Part shown: positions 48,707 to 58,502 of the stretch, piece after piece
Layout of the letters: the number at the start of each line of letters is the position of its first letter
Position numbering within the stretch: the first letter of the stretch is position 1
From: Polyangiales bacterium
Lineage (GTDB): Bacteria; Myxococcota_A; Polyangia; Polyangiales; JADJQN01
NCBI GenBank assembly: GCA_964202905.1
Contig: CAXNJO010000010.1
Location: forward strand, 64,001-128,000
Reading direction: 5' to 3'
Length of the DNA stretch: 64,000 bases
Position numbers and translations under genes: made by a program
The notes under the pieces: model-generated
Databases searched by the model: none
Told to the model about the DNA's origin: nothing
What the model saw: the letters and a program-made list of their open reading frames with translations, nothing else

Positions 48707-49393
48707 ATGGCCCCCTCGTTCGCCGTCTTCGCGCGCGTCCTCCGCACCCTCACGCAGCAGGGCGGCACCGCGCGCCGGCGGCGCTCCCCCGCGCTGCTCT
48801 CGCTCGGCGTCGCCGCGCTCGCCGCGTGCGCCGGCCCGGAGCGGCCGACGACGGGGACGCTGGCGCCCCGCGCGCCGGACACCTCGGCGACCAACACGAC
48901 GACGACCCTCTCACGAGATGGCAACCATGCCGCTGAGAACGCCGCCCCCTGCGCCGACCCCGCGCGCTGCGCGCTCCCGCCGGCGCCGGATGCGCCGCCG
49001 ACCGAGGCCGAGCGCGCGGGCGCGACGAACCTCGACGGCGCGCCCCTCGCCGTCTGCTCGGAGGCGCCGCTCACCGGCTACTACCGCGACGGACGCTGCG
49101 CGACGGGCCCGGACGATCGCGGCGTGCACGTCGTGTGCGCGCAGGTGACGCGCGCGTTCCTCGACTTCTCGCGCGGGCGCGGCAACGACCTCGTCACCCC
49201 GATCCCCGGCCGCTTCCCGGGCCTGCGCCCCGGCGACCGCTGGTGCCTCTGCGCCGCGCGCTGGGAGGAGGCGCGCCTCGGCGGCGCCGCGCCCCCCATC
49301 GTGCGCGAGGCGACCGAGCGCCGCGCCCTCGACTTCACCTCACGCGCCGCGCTCGACGCCCACGCGCTCGGGGGCTCGGCCCCGCCCCGCTGA
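48707..49393 (+). CDS. DUF2237 family protein with N-terminal lipoprotein extension
   Basis: PLAVCS..PLTGYYRDG.C.TGPDD.G.HVVCA, GNDLVTP.P..FPGLRPGDRWCLCA.RW. Confidence 0.9.
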   Translation: MAPSFAVFARVLRTLTQQGGTARRRRSPALLSLGVAALAACAGPERPTTGTLAPRAPDTSATNTTTTLSRDGNHAAENAAPCADPARCALPPAPDAPPTEAERAGATNLDGAPLAVCSEAPLTGYYRDGRCATGPDDRGVHVVCAQVTRAFLDFSRGRGNDLVTPIPGRFPGLRPGDRWCLCAARWEEARLGGAAPPIVREATERRALDFTSRAALDAHALGGSAPPR

Positions 49394-49420
49394 CGGCGCC
49401 GCGCGGGGGCCCGCGCCGCG

Positions 49421-50926
49421 TCAGAGCAGGCGCAGCGCGGCCCCGCTCGGGTCGCTCGCGCCGGGCGCCGCGTCGTCCACGCGGAACGTCGTGAGCGTGT
49501 TCTGCCCGCGCGCGGCGTCCCACACGCCGTCGTTCGCGAGCCGGATGGAGAACTCGGGCCGCGCCGCGAGGGCCTCGTCGCTCGACGGCAGCAGAAGCGA
49601 GAGGGTGTACGCGCCCTCCGCAAGCCCCCCCGGCAGCGCGAGACGCACGTCGACCGTGTGCAGGCCCGGGAGCCAGGCGCGGACCTCGATCGGGAGCGTG
49701 ACGCGCGCGCGTCCGCCCGGCCCCTCGACCACGAGGACCGCCGGGCGCGGGTTGAAGGGCGCGGCGAAGCCCTCGTTCCGCAGCGCGAGGCGCACGCGGA
49801 ACGAGCCGCCCGGGCGCACCGCCTCGGGGAGCTCGCCCCCCGTCAGCACGAGTCGGTAGCCGAGCCGCCGCTCGATCTCGCCGAGGCAGCCGCCGCTCTC
49901 CCAGCCCGCGACGACGTCGGGGTGGTAGTCGCGGTTGACGAACGAGAAGTGCATCGCCTCGAGCTCGGCGATCGCGGGCGCACACGCGGAGCGCGCTGGG
50001 AAGGGCGCGCACGTCTCGCCGCCCGCCGGGCTGTAGGCGGTGTGCGCGCTCGCGAAGGCACGCCACCGCGCGATCTCCGCGTCGGGGTACGTGCCGAAGT
50101 CCGTCTCGCTCGCGACGAAGCAGTCGTTGTGGAAGCCGATCCGCGCCTCGAAGGAACCCGAGAAGGCGCGGCTTGCGTCGAGTGGCGCCCCGCCGATCAG
50201 CGCGGCGAGGTGCGGGGGGTAGCGCACCTGCGTAGAGCGGCTGCTCGGCAACGCCGCGAGCAGCGCCTCGACGACGGCGCGACGCGCATCGGGGTCGCGG
50301 TCGAGCCCGTTCGTCGAGGTGTGCCACTCGCCCCACGCGCCGATGAACCCCGCCTGCACCAGCGCGATCACGTCGGCGTTCGCGCGGAGGATCGGCGCCA
50401 CCTGCGCGAGGTGGCCCTCGATCCGCGCGAGCGGCGCGTCGGGCTCGCTGTCGGGATACGGCCCTTCGTTGTAGGCAAAGCGCAGGATCACCTCGAAGCC
50501 GTCCGCGCGCGCGACGCCGAGCGCGCGCTCGAGGGCCGCGAGCGTGGCGGCGTCGATGTCGCGGTCTCGGAAGGCGTCGAGGCGTACGTACGAATACACG
50601 AGCGAGTCGGCCGGGTGCTCGCTGCGCAGCCACGAGAGGTCCGACTCCGCGAGCAGATTCGCCGCGCGGTAGAAGCCGCGCTCGGGGTTCGGGAAGAGCG
50701 CGTCGCTGCGGGTGAAGGCGATCGGGCGGCCGGGCGCGTCGACCGACGCGGCGTCCACGAGCGAGCCGTCGAACGGCGCGGCGTCCGCGGGCGCGGCGTC
50801 GAGGGGCGCGGCGTCCGCGAGCGCGGCGTCCACGAGCGCGGCGTCGGGGCCGCCATCCTCAGGCCCCGACGTGCCACCGCAGCCGAGGAGCGCGAGGAGA
50901 CCGACGAGCGAGAGCGGGCGGCGCAT
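49421..50926 (-). CDS. DUF4874/DUF4832 glycoside-hydrolase-like lipoprotein
   Basis: NPERGFY, ILRFAY, QAGFIGAWGEWH, RIGFHNDCF.AS..D.GTY, GGETC, RLGYR, N.GFAAPFNPR. Confidence 0.85.
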   Translation of the reverse strand: MRRPLSLVGLLALLGCGGTSGPEDGGPDAALVDAALADAAPLDAAPADAAPFDGSLVDAASVDAPGRPIAFTRSDALFPNPERGFYRAANLLAESDLSWLRSEHPADSLVYSYVRLDAFRDRDIDAATLAALERALGVARADGFEVILRFAYNEGPYPDSEPDAPLARIEGHLAQVAPILRANADVIALVQAGFIGAWGEWHTSTNGLDRDPDARRAVVEALLAALPSSRSTQVRYPPHLAALIGGAPLDASRAFSGSFEARIGFHNDCFVASETDFGTYPDAEIARWRAFASAHTAYSPAGGETCAPFPARSACAPAIAELEAMHFSFVNRDYHPDVVAGWESGGCLGEIERRLGYRLVLTGGELPEAVRPGGSFRVRLALRNEGFAAPFNPRPAVLVVEGPGGRARVTLPIEVRAWLPGLHTVDVRLALPGGLAEGAYTLSLLLPSSDEALAARPEFSIRLANDGVWDAARGQNTLTTFRVDDAAPGASDPSGAALRLL

Positions 50927-51021
50927 CGCGCGAGGGTCGCACACCCCGCGCGCGCCCGGAGAAACACCGCGCGGCGGCGCATGGCGCGGGCGTGGCGCGC
51001 CCCGTACCCTCGGCCGCTCTC

Positions 51022-52642
51022 ATGACCCGACGCCGCGATGCGAGTTTCGATCTCCGCGACGCCGTCCGCGATCGCGGCTTCACGCCGCGCGGCGCCGATC
51101 GCGAGGCGCTCCTCGCGCTCGTCGCGGCCGACGACGACGACGCGGACCACGCCGAGCGCACGCTCGCGCTCCTCGGCCCCGACGCCGGCCACGCCGCGCT
51201 CGCCGCGGCCGCGTCGCACACGGGCCAGGCGCGCGGCACGCTCGTGCGCGCCGCCGGGCGGCTCGCGACGGGCGACGCGGGCGAGCGCTGCGCGCGCCCA
51301 TCGCCGGCTTCCTCGGGGACGACGACGCCCGCGTCCGCCGCGCCGCCGCGCGCGCCCTCGGCGCAACGGGCGACACGCGCTTCGCCGCCCCCTGCTCGAG
51401 CGCGCACGCGCGGGCGGCGCGGACGTCGCCGAGCAGAAGGTGCTGCTCGCCGCGCTCGGCAAGCTCGGCGATCCCGGCGCGCTCGAGACGGTCGCGCGCG
51501 TCGCGCAGGGAACGAACGACGCGCTGCTCCGCCGCGTCGCCGAGGAGGCCACGCTGCGCCTCGCGCGCGACGCGGTGCGCAGCGGCGGCGAGAACGCCAT
51601 CGACCCGGATGCGCGCCTGCCGCGTGACACCGTCGTGCTCCTCGGCTGCCGCGACGGCCTCGAGGACGTGCTCGTCGAGGAGGCGCAGTCGCTGCTCGAC
51701 GCACGGCGCGCAGGCGCAGGCGGCGCGCGCGGGACGCTCCGCGCAGGCGCCACGCTCGGCGCGCTCCGCACCCTGCGCACGGCCGCGCGCGTCGAGCTGC
51801 TCGGCGGCGAGGCGCCGGTGCGCGACGGCGACGTCGCGGCGGCGGCCGCCCTCGCGCTCGCCGCGAAGCCGTGCGCCGCGCTCCTCGCCGCGGTCACGCT
51901 CGGCCCGATCCGCTACCGGCTCGCGTGGCCGGGCGGCGCACACCGGCGCGCCGACACGCTGCGCGTCGCGCTCGAGGCCGCGCGGCTGCGACCGGAGCTG
52001 GTCAACGACCCGCGCGACGCCCCGTGGGAGGCCCGCGTGGAGCCGGACCCGCGCGCGGGCTGCGTGCGCATCTGGCTCACGCCGCGCGCGCTGCCCGACG
52101 CGCGCTTCGACTACCTCGAGACGCGCGCCGAGGGCGCCTCGCACCCCACGGTCGCCGCGGCGCTCGCGCGGCTCGGCGGCGTCCGCGCCGACGACGTCGT
52201 GTGGGACCCCTTCTGCGGCGCGGGCACCGAGCTCGTCGAGCGCGCCCGGCTCGGCCCGTACGCGCGCCTCTTCGGCACGGACCTCGACGCCGACGTCGCC
52301 GCCCTCGGCGCCGCGACGCTCGTCCGCGCGCGGCTCCCCCACGCGCGCGTCACCCACGGCGACGCGCTCCTCGTCACGCCGCGCCCCGCGCCGACGCTCG
52401 TGCTCACCAACCCGCCGCTCGGCCGCCGCGTCGGGCGGCAGGCCGATCCGGGCGCGCTGCTCTCGCACCTCGCCGCGCGGCTCCCCGCCGTGCTCGCGCC
52501 GGGCGCCCGCGTCGTGTGGCTCTCGCCGCAGCCCGACCGCACCGCGCGCGCGCTCGTCGCGGCGGGCTTCCGCGTGACGGACGGCACGCGCGTCGATCTC
52601 GGCGGGCTCGTGGCCGAGCGACAGATCGCGTTTCTCGAATAG
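51022..52642 (+). CDS. HEAT-repeat protein fused to an N2/N6 RNA methyltransferase-like domain (frameshifted)
   Basis: HEAT motifs (DDDARVRRAAARALG; LLAALGKLG), WDPFCGAGTELVE, TNPPLGRRV. Frame changes near 51290 and 51390. Confidence 0.75.
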
Positions 52643-52705
52643 TTCCGGTACGTTTCAGACCTCTTACCGCCCCACCCGACCGAGCCGTCCATGCCCTCGA
52701 CCACC

Positions 52706-53518
52706 ATGTCGTCGACCACCACGCCTTCCGCCGCGCGCCTCCTCGCCCTCCTCGCCCTGCTCGCCGCCGCGTGCAGCGACGACGAAGGCACCGTCCCGCC
52801 CGCGGACGCCGGCCCCGCCGACGCCGCACCGGCCGACGCCGGGTCACCCGACGCGGGCGCGCCGCTCTGCGAGGCGACGACCGTGCCCTGCGTCGACGAG
52901 TCGATCGCGCTGCTCGACCTCTTCGACACCGTGAACGCGGCCGAGATCCGCGAGGAAGGCACGACGCCCGGCGAGTTCACGACCTTCGTCGACGCGACCG
53001 CCGGCGGCATGATGCCGACGACGTCGTTCGTCTACGCGCGCTTCACGGACACGGGCCTCGTCGGCGCGGCGCTCTCGGACGAGGACGCGCTCCTCTCGAC
53101 CGATTGGGACATCGCCTTCCGCCGCTACGTGCTGCGCGTGAACTCGGGCGTCGGCGGCCCCTCGTGCGTGCAGGCCGCGCGCACCGCGCCGGGCACCACC
53201 TTCGAAGGGCTCACCGCCGTGCCCGACGGCGTCGCGTACCGCACGGAGTCGTACCTCACGGAGACCTGCGAGATCGTCCCCGACGGCAACGGGCTCGGCT
53301 CGCCGGCGACCGCGCTCTCGAGCTTCTGGTCGTACCCCGGCTGCGTCGCGATGACCGGGAACGTCTACGTCCTCGCGCTGCGCGGCGGCCGCCACGTGAA
53401 GCTCGAGGTGGTCGGCTACTACGCGCCCGCGAACCAGGCGAGCTGCGACTCGGGCGGCAGCGTCACGCTTCCGAGCGGTTCGGGCAGCATCCGCGTCCGC
53501 TGGTCGTTCCTGGACTGA
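52706..53518 (+). CDS. HmuY-like lipoprotein
   Basis: Lipobox AAAC, VDATAGG, STDWDIAFRRYVLRVNSG, VYV...GRHVKLEV.GYY. Confidence 0.8.
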   Translation: MSSTTTPSAARLLALLALLAAACSDDEGTVPPADAGPADAAPADAGSPDAGAPLCEATTVPCVDESIALLDLFDTVNAAEIREEGTTPGEFTTFVDATAGGMMPTTSFVYARFTDTGLVGAALSDEDALLSTDWDIAFRRYVLRVNSGVGGPSCVQAARTAPGTTFEGLTAVPDGVAYRTESYLTETCEIVPDGNGLGSPATALSSFWSYPGCVAMTGNVYVLALRGGRHVKLEVVGYYAPANQASCDSGGSVTLPSGSGSIRVRWSFLD

Positions 53519-53526
53519 GGGTGCCG

Positions 53527-55180
53527 ATGTTGGCGCACGACGCCTTCGCCTCGTCACGCGCGCTCGCGCTCGCCGCGGGCGTCGGCGCCCTGTGCCTCGC
53601 ACCGCGCCCCGGCGCGCACGCCCAGGCCACCGCGCCCACGCGCGACGCCGCCGCAGACGCCATCACGGACGCCGTCACGGACGCAGACGCCGTGACGCGC
53701 GCCCCGCGCGACGAAGGCGCCGCGATCGCGCGCTACGTGGATCGGGGTCGCATCGTCCGGGCGCGCAGGCTCGGCCGCGCGGCGAGCGGGCGGGAGCGCG
53801 TCGCGCTCGACGACGGGCAGCGACGCTACGAGGCGGAGCTCGGCGCGCACGCCGTCGTCACGCTCGCCGCGGGCGCGACGGACGCCAACCTCGCCGCGCT
53901 CGGCGTCGCCATCGAGCGGCCGCTGATGCCGCGCGCCCGGCTCGCGCTGCTCCGCTCCCTCCGCGGCGAGGACGCGCTCGCGCTCGCCGCGCGCCTCGCG
54001 ACGGCCCCGCGCGCGCTCGTCGAGACGGCAGCGCCGGATCTCTGGCTGCCGCACGTGCACCACTTCACGCTGCCGCCCGACGACCCGCGCTACGGCGGCC
54101 AGTGGTACCTCGACACGCTCGGGATCGAGGGCGCGTGGGCCCGCGCGACGGGCGACGCCGCGACGACCATCGCCATCGTGGATGATGGCTGTGATCTCGA
54201 GCACCCCGACCTCGCGCCGCACCTGCTCCCGGGCTTCGACGCGCTCGACGGCGACGACGTGCCCGCGCACACGCCCGGCGTGCCCGGCAACGCCCACGGG
54301 ACGGCCTGCGCGGGGCTCGTCGCGGCGGTCGGCGACAACGGCGAGGGCATCGTCGGCGCGTGCCCCGAGTGCACGCTGCGCTGCGTGCGGCTCCTGCCCG
54401 CGTCGGGCGGGCTCGTGCCCGTCTCCGCGGACGTCGCGGCCTTCGACGCCATCCTCCGCGCGGGCGTCGCCGTCGCGTCGAACAGCTGGGGCTTCGCCTC
54501 CGGCGTGCCCGCGCCCGGCCCGCTCGTCACGGCCATCGAGACGACGCTGCGCGACGGCCGCGGCGGCCTCGGCACCGTCGTCGTCTTCGCCGCGGGCAAC
54601 GACGACGCCCCGATCGGCGCCGACGAGGTGCAGGCCACGCCCGGCGTGATCTGCGTCGGCGCGATCAACCAGTTCGACGAGGCCGCGGCCTTCTCGAACC
54701 GCGGCCCGGCCGTCTCGCTCGTCGCGCCGACCGGCACGCTCACGACCGACGTGCGGGGCGCCGATGGCGACGACCCGAGCGACTACACCGCGCGCTTCGG
54801 CGGCACCTCCTCGGCGTGCCCGCTCGTGGCCGGCGTCGCCGCGCTGCTCGCCTCCGCGCGCCCCGACGCGCCCGCCGCGGCGATCCGCGACGCGCTCCTC
54901 GCCTCCACGCGCCCCGCGCCCTTCGCGACGCCCGACGCGACCGGCCACGACCCGCTCTACGGGCAGGGCATCCTCGACCCCACGGCCGCCCTCGCCCGCT
55001 GGCTCCCCGAGCCCGTCGACGCCGGGCCACCGCCGGCAGCGCCCGCCCCGCCCGCCACCGCAGGCTGCGCGTGCCGCGTCGCGCCGAGCCGGGACACGGA
55101 CGACACCGCCCCCGCCGCGCTCGCCACCGCGCTCCTCGCGCTCGGCCTCGCCGCGCGGCGCCGCGTGCGACGTCGCCCGC
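53527..55180 (+). CDS. S8 (subtilisin/kexin-like) serine protease with MYXO-CTERM-like tail
   Basis: Triad IAIVDDG, HGTACAG, GGTSSACP; NSWG, FAAGN. Tail GCACRV...LLALGLAARRR. No stop codon follows, so the end is approximate. Confidence 0.88.
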
Positions 55181-56757
55181 GCGCCGCACGCGCGCGCGCC
55201 GCGTCTGCCGCGCCGCTCGCTGCCGCGCTCGTCGCCGGCCGGCTGCGCCGCGCTCACCGCGGCCGGCGCTTACGCTGCCCGCGGACGACGTCGCGGGCGC
55301 CCGCCGCGCTGCGCGCCGACCACCCGGCACGACGGAGCTCCCGCCGCGCTACGACGCCGGTGACGTCGTGGAGTTCCTCGACTCCGCGGGCGGCGGCTTC
55401 CGCGTGCACTTCACGCGCACCGGGACGCACGCGGTCCCCGCCGACGACGCCGACGCCGACGGCGTGCCCGACTTCGTCACGCTCGTCGCCGACACGCACG
55501 ACGCGGTGCGCGCGCTACGAGGCGCTCGGCTTCCTGCCGGCCCGCAGCGACGCGCTCGTGCCCGACGGCACGGGCGGCAGCGAGCGCTTCGACGTGTACC
55601 TGCTCGACTTCGGTGGGTCGGCGGACGGCGCGTTCCGCCGCGAGATCTGCGCGCCTGCGGGCGGCTGCGCGGGCTACATGGTCGAGGAGAACGATTTCAC
55701 CGGCTACGGCTATCCCACCCGCGGTTACGCCGTGCGGCTCCTCGCGTCGCACGAGTTCTTCCACGCGATCCAGGCCGCCTACGACCGCGACGGCGCCACG
55801 CAGGGCGCCGTGCTCTCGGAGGGCACCGCGGTGTGGGCGAGCGAGCGCTTCGACCCCGGCCTCCGCGACCTCGAGGGCTTCGCGGCGGGCTACCTCGAGC
55901 GCACCGACCGGCCGCTCGGCACCGATCCGCTCGGGCCCGTGCCCGCGTTCGCGTACGGCGCGGGGATTTTCTTCGAGCACCTCTCGACGCGTCACGGCGA
56001 CGGCGTCGTCGCCGCGCTGCTCGAGGCCCTCGCCGCCGCGCCCGCCGGGAGCCGCTGGACGGAGTCGCTCGACGCGCTCCTCGCGGCGCGCTTCGCCGAC
56101 GCCTTCGAGCCCGCCTTCCTCGACTTCGCGGCGCGCCTCGTGTTTCTCGGCCCGCGCGCCGACGACACGCGCGGCCTCCCGCGGGCAGCGGCCTTCCCGG
56201 GCGTGACGACCCGCGTCGTCACGCTGCCCTTCGCCGACGCCTCGCTGCGCCTCTTCCCCGCTTCCGCCCGCTACTTCGAGGCCATCGCGGCGCCAGGCCC
56301 GCTCGTCGTTCGCGCGCGCGAGGGCGACGCCGCGTCGGGCGCCACGGTGCTCGCCTACGCGCTCGCGCGGGGCGTCCCGGTGGCCGAGGCGCGCGGCCTC
56401 GGCGAGGCGTCGCTCGAGGTGCCCGCGACCGCCGACACGCTCCTCTTCGCGCTCGCGGACGGGCGGACGGCGGGCGCGAGCCGCGTGCTCTCGATCTGCG
56501 CGGCGCAGGGCGGCGCGGAGGCCTGCGCGACGGCGCCGCCCGATGCCGGTGTCCTCGACGCGGGCGCCCCCGACGCAGGCCCGCCCGTCGACGCCGGCCC
56601 CGTCGCGCCCCCGGCCGCCAGCGACGCGGGGTGCAGCGTGTCCCGCACGGGTATGCGCTCGTTGCCGAGCGGGCTGCTCGCACTGCTCTTGGGCCTCGCC
56701 GCGTCGGCCACCCGCCGCGAAGTGTCGCGCCGCAGCGCGCGCAAGCCCCGCGCCTGA
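55166..56757 (+). CDS. Myxobacterial HEXXH metalloprotease (MXAN_6640-like from memory) with MYXO-CTERM-like tail, frameshifted near its N-terminus
   Basis: FRVHF...G..AVP..DADADGVPDFV (alternate frame, 55320-55510), FDVYLLDF, SHEFFHAIQAAYD, EGTAVWASE, tail GCSVS...LLALLLGL...RR. Start uncertain. Confidence 0.75.
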
Positions 56758-56774
56758 CGACGCGCCGACCGCGC

Positions 56775-57593
56775 TCAGCCGCCGCGTGGGCCGCGTCGAC
56801 GCTCTCCGCGCTCCCGCTGCGGCTGCTGCGGACTCTCCGGCTTCTTCAATAAAAACAGATAGTTGAAGCCGCGCAGGAAGAAGTTCTGCGCCTCGGCGGC
56901 CTTGTGGTAGTTGCCCATGTCGAGCGTCTTGTGGTGGCGCGTCACCGCGACGACGTCGATCGGCTCGAGCCGCTGGGCGAGCAGGTCGAAGAGCGCGAGC
57001 CCGACAGGCGCAAAACCCGTCTTTTTTGCATAGAAATCGCACACATACACACCGAGCACCCCGCCCGGGCGCAGCACCCGCGCGCACTCCGCGAAGACCT
57101 CGTCGAGCGCGCGGTAGAAGCGCGGGTCGTACGCGCTCAGCTTGCCGATGCACGCGGCGTCGTCGGAGTAGTCGATGTGGTCGCCGTACGGCGGATCGAT
57201 GAACACGAGCTCCGCGACGCCGGCGTCGAGGGGCAGGCGCCGGGCGTCGGCGCGCTCGATGTCGGGGCGGTACGGCGAGAGGTCGAAGCCGCGCGCACGC
57301 CGCCCGGTGTCGCGCGCGACGTCGATCGTCGTGCCCGAGCCGCACATCGGATCGACGACGAGGTCGCCGGGCCGCGTGTAACGCTGCACGAGGTTCCACA
57401 CGACGTAGGAGGGCGTCGCGCCGACGTAGCCCGGGTCACCCTGCGTGCCCTTGCCGTAGTGCTGCGACGGATACTCCCAGAGCGTCGTCGTCTGCACGCG
57501 GAGCGGGGGTTTCTCGGGGCGGCGGAAGCGCTCGGTCGACGCGCGCGGCGCCGGGGGGCGCGGGCCGCGCCGCGGGGGCGGGGAGTCGTTCAT
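56775..57593 (-). CDS. Solitary N4/N6-type SAM-dependent (DNA or RNA) methyltransferase
   Basis: VVDPMCGSGTT (motif I) precedes FIDPPY (motif IV); RVLRPGG. Confidence 0.85.
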   Translation of the reverse strand: MNDSPPPRRGPRPPAPRASTERFRRPEKPPLRVQTTTLWEYPSQHYGKGTQGDPGYVGATPSYVVWNLVQRYTRPGDLVVDPMCGSGTTIDVARDTGRRARGFDLSPYRPDIERADARRLPLDAGVAELVFIDPPYGDHIDYSDDAACIGKLSAYDPRFYRALDEVFAECARVLRPGGVLGVYVCDFYAKKTGFAPVGLALFDLLAQRLEPIDVVAVTRHHKTLDMGNYHKAAEAQNFFLRGFNYLFLLKKPESPQQPQRERGERRRGPRGG

Positions 57594-57644
57594 CCGGCGG
57601 CGAGTATGGCACGGACGCTGTGGTAGGCTGCGCGCCCAGCCCCG

Positions 57645-58502
57645 ATGCGCATGGTCTCCTGCACGCTCGCCCGCCTGACCCTGCTCGCGGCCCTGACGCT
57701 CTCCCCCGCGGCCCCGGCCCTCGCGCAGGACGCCCCGAGCGCCAGCGAGACCGCCCTCGCCCGCGAGCAGCACAACGAGGGCATGGCGCACGCGCGCGCG
57801 GGGCGCTGGCCCGCGGCGTACGGCGCCTTCGCCCGGGCGTATGCGCTCGTGCGGCGCCCCCTCGTGCTGCTGAACCTGGCAGGCGCCGAAGAGCAGACGG
57901 GGCGCCTCGTCGAATCGGCCGAGCACTACCGTCAGTTCCTCCGCGAGGTGACGAGCGGCCGCGAGGCGCAGCAGCGGCCGGTGGCCGAGCAGGGCCTCAG
58001 CCGCGTCGAACCGCGCATCCCGCGCGCGCGCTTCATCCTCGAGGGGACGCGCCCCGCGGACACCTACGCGCTCGACGACAAGCCGCTCGCGCCCGCGGTG
58101 ATGGGCTCGCCGCTGCCGCTCGACCCGGGCACGCACACGCTCGTCGTGCGCCACGCGGAGGGCGAGCTCGGGCGCATCACGTTCGTCCTCGCGGAGGGCG
58201 AGGCGCAGGACGTGCGCCTCACCGTCACGCGGCCCGCGGCACCCGTCGCCGAGCGCACGCCGCTCCCCGAGGTGCGCGACCCGGACGCGCCCCCGCGCGA
58301 AGCGGGCATCCTCCCGCGCAACGGCGAAGCGCCGCCCGCCGCTCCCGCGCGCGACGAGGGGGGCGGCCTGCTCGCCTCGCCCGTGTTCTGGGTCGTCGTC
58401 GGCGTCGTCGTGCTCGGCGGCGCGACGGCCGGCGTCCTCGTGGCGACCAGCGGCAGCGAGGCCCCCTTCTCCGGAAACCTCGGGAGCATCCCCGTCCGAT
58501 GA
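57645..58502 (+). CDS. TPR/PEGA-like secreted protein with C-terminal anchor
   Basis: Signal peptide ending ALA, W..A...F.RAY.L...P.VLLNLA, LPLDPGTHTL, SPVFWVVVG tail. Confidence 0.8.
   Translation: MRMVSCTLARLTLLAALTLSPAAPALAQDAPSASETALAREQHNEGMAHARAGRWPAAYGAFARAYALVRRPLVLLNLAGAEEQTGRLVESAEHYRQFLREVTSGREAQQRPVAEQGLSRVEPRIPRARFILEGTRPADTYALDDKPLAPAVMGSPLPLDPGTHTLVVRHAEGELGRITFVLAEGEAQDVRLTVTRPAAPVAERTPLPEVRDPDAPPREAGILPRNGEAPPAAPARDEGGGLLASPVFWVVVGVVVLGGATAGVLVATSGSEAPFSGNLGSIPVR

Noticed and set aside
52643..52690. Fur box upstream of the HmuY-like gene
   Set aside because: Mildly AT-rich but no convincing match to the GATAATGATAATCATTATC-type dyad.
51871..53526. 5' part of the 1628-aa ORF
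   Set aside because: Overlaps the methyltransferase and HmuY-like genes out of frame; the protease starts at about 53527.
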